Source: Squalus acanthias (taxonomy: Eukaryota). From it: a stretch of DNA of 64,000 nt. The first letter of the stretch is position 1; every line of letters starts with the position of its first letter. Made by a program: the position numbers and the translations under genes. The stretch covers positions 53,012,001-53,076,000 of the forward strand of contig CM059438.1 in assembly GCA_030390025.1 (NCBI GenBank). Reading direction: 5' to 3'. A model generated the notes under the pieces. The model searched no databases. It saw nothing but the letters and a program-made list of their open reading frames with translations, and was not told the DNA's origin. Below are positions 61,272-64,000 of the stretch, one piece after another.

Positions 61272-63459
61272 GGGCTAGAAATTCATGGCCTTAGCGCCAC
61301 TCCATAGCGCCATTAAATGGCGCTATAATGGCGGCCACTGCTCTTTGGCAGTGGTTGGCAGTTCCCGCGGCGGCTGCCGTTTTTGTCCTTACCTTTGCAT
61401 GGCGGCGCCATGCTGGACAAAATAGTGGCGTTCTGACGTAAATTGGCGTGCAATGCCAACTTTATGTCACAAGCGCAAACTTCGACCCTAACGCTGAATT
61501 CAGCGCTGGGTCCTACAGTGGCGATGTCTGTACCTCTTAAAGGGACACACACATCTTTAAGGTAAGTTTGGATGTAAGCTTTTGGACTGGGATTTTTTTA
61601 TTTTATTGAAGTGGTGGCTTGCTGCAATAGATGTGAAAAGTTTTTTAAGTGTGTAGGGAGTGCTGCTGGACACTTGCAAGGGCTCAGATGATAAATGAAG
61701 GCCTTTGAGAAGACAGATCATGCTGCAAATACTCAGCAGGTCATGCAACATCCGTGGAGACAGAAACAGAGTTCACGGCTCAGGTCGAGATGCTGCCTGA
61801 CCAGCTGAGTTTTTCCAGCATTTTGTGCTGTCATTTCACATTTACAGCATCTGCTTGCAGAGGGAAGAGGAAGACACAGAAGAGGAGGAAGCAAAACAGG
61901 AGGAAGCTGCAGAGAAGGAAGCCGAAGATGAGGAATCAGACAGAACGATGCATCCCAGACAGCCACTTTGTGGTCGAGATATCCAGGATGGAATCATCCG
62001 CCTCCGGTCCCAGTAACCACAACTCCAATTCCCCTTTCAACATTAGTCCCACACCTTACCTTCCATCTGTTACTGACCATCACAATGTCCTCTTGGTCAC
62101 AATGCTGAAATAAAAGCCACCACAAGCAAACTTTCCAATCCAACCAATATATATCTAGCCATCCAATGTGACATGAAGAAATCAACTCATCACCCGTATG
62201 CATTCTCTTAGTGACTGTCTTGTGTGTGCCTTTGCCTATCCTACTGATGTCACACAGTGCTACCCCAGTGGCTGCAGGAAGGCTGCTGACTTTCAGTGGG
62301 GGACACTGCAGATGGCCTTGCAGGACGACCTCGAGGAGCTGGTGGCTGGGAGTGTCAAATGAATCTTCTTCTTGTTCTTCTTCACTCTCCACTCCCTCTT
62401 CTTGGTCAACCGTTGGGTGGGCAGGCAGCATTTCTTGGGTGTGTGAAATGAGAAAGGCGCAAGGGTAGAGATGTGGTGGTGGGAGGGCGGGAAAGCATGA
62501 AGTGCATGCGAGAAGGAGAAAGAATAACATTTGAGGATACCAGCATCTTTTATCCCTTCAGCCCTGCCGCTGGCCAAGGGCTCAGCCATGCCTCTGCCAA
62601 GAATGGCTTGCACCGTCTCCTCCAAGGGGTGAGGTGAGGCTGGGAATGGGAGATGTTCCTCGTGATTGGTGTAGATTGTTGGTAGGTGAGTGATTGGGAG
62701 TGGGGGTCATGCACTGAGCAGTGTGTGAGGCTAGTGGTGCAGTTGATAGAAGATGGCTTTTGAAGATGCATTCACTGACCTTGACCATTGGTCTGAGGTC
62801 AAGAAGCTTTTTTGGGCACTGGACCCAGGTGGTGGGGGCAACACTGCTGGCAGTGACAGACTCAGTGATGTCCTCCCACATCGTTCTTTCTGGAGGGCCT
62901 CCTGGCCCCTGTGAGTAGAGGGCCTGTCTTGCATTGTTGACCCCCCTGCACAAAGCTGGAGTGCTGCGTGTGAGACCCTGGGTGTCCCTTTCCTGGCTTG
63001 CTGAGCCATTTGTGTTAGTGCTGAGACATTTTTCCCATTTTAAGCTTTAAGAGCTGAATATTCACATTTGGGACTGCTTTTTAATGTTAAATATTTTTTT
63101 AAAAGACAGAAAGAGCTGAAAACTGCACTGTTTCACTTCACTTTATTTTGTATTGCTTCAGTGTGCATAGCCCCTTTAATTCTCAGACCTCTTCATCGCC
63201 CACAATTCCTTGCGAGCTCCACAGCCTCACTTCCAGAGGCTGTGGGAAGCTGCAACGTCGCACCTGCACACAAACTTCGCCTCGGATGCCTCCAGCAACG
63301 CCACCAGGACGGTGTTGCGTGGCAGGTAAGTGCTATGCCAACAATCCCCATCCCCCCAGATCAATTTTGCTCTGTGAGCATTCCGGCCATGTTCAGCGGC
63401 CATTAACTCCATTTGCCGGTGACACCGGCAACTTTACTGGCTAAAACAAAGTTCTCCCC
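61272..63459 (-). mobile_element. Non-autonomous Harbinger element, relative of 24318-27612
   Basis: Ends GGGCTAGAAATT and AAGTTCTCCCC; MAQQARKGTPRVSHAALQ on the minus strand; same Penelope-derived hairpin. Confidence 0.85.
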
Positions 63460-64000
63460 TAAGTCTCAAAGACTGACATGGTCCAGACAATTAATAGAGT
63501 TGACACATCTCCCTTCCTTAATCATCGTCCAGCCCATACTCACCCTAGCCCTGAGCCCCCACCCCATTGCTCTGAAGTTCATCTTCCATCTCCCACCTGT
63601 CATCTTCAAGCTCATCTCTTCCATGAGACTCACCTCTTTCCCCGTGAATCCCTTGCCCACCCAACTACTAACCATTCAAGTACCTCTCCTGATACCAATG
63701 CTCACTGACATGGTTAATGGCTCCCATTGTTCAGATTGTGTTACTATCAACGCCATCATCTCCCTCCTTAAAATGCTCACCCTCGACATGTCCATCCCCT
63801 CCAACCAATACCGATCTCTAACCTCTCTTTTCTCTCTAAGATCTTTGAAAATGTTGCCACCTCCCAGCTCCATGCTCACTTTCCCAGTTTGAATCTCTTC
63901 AGTCAGTTTCCATTCTGCTCCCAGTATTGATACTGCATTGGTTGAATTCACCAGTGAAATCCTCCGTATCTGCGATTGCGATTACAGCATGTTATCCCTC

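Larger units (their letters stand above)
59510..64000 (+). mobile_element. Old L2 LINE, interrupted by CR1 (59755-60985) and Harbinger (61272-63459)
   Basis: ISDHYLV (APE) at about 59545 and decayed L2 ORF2 at 60990-61270 and 63460-64000. Confidence 0.65.

Overview
Intronic, repeat-dense vertebrate DNA, most likely from a cartilaginous fish (shark). This is inferred from an HE1-type V-SINE, Deu-type SINEs, abundant CR1 and L2 LINEs, Penelope-like elements and many PIF/Harbinger transposons and MITEs. The only host coding sequence I found is one 115-bp exon of an ABCG2-like ABC transporter on the minus strand (47001-47115), so the whole window is probably two very large introns. The most notable feature is at the left edge: an intact, CpG-rich ORF of at least 544 codons encoding a class I viral fusion (Env) protein. 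It has F-protein architecture (short pre-furin subunit, RQRR site, heptad repeats, Cys-rich domain, TM), resembles foamy-virus Env without the receptor-binding domain, and is therefore lokiretrovirus-like. Next to it is a 1,646-bp LTR with a GGCC target-site duplication inside a Harbinger element. Smaller findings include a hammerhead-ribozyme-bearing Penelope insertion, a SINE/LINE chimera, a 5' UTR shared by two CR1 lineages, an intron-less Harbinger Myb ORF, and near-identical inverted CR1 copies flanking the ABCG2 exon. Repeat boundaries are read by eye and are approximate unless a TSD or TIR is cited. Family comparisons are from recall, not from database searches.
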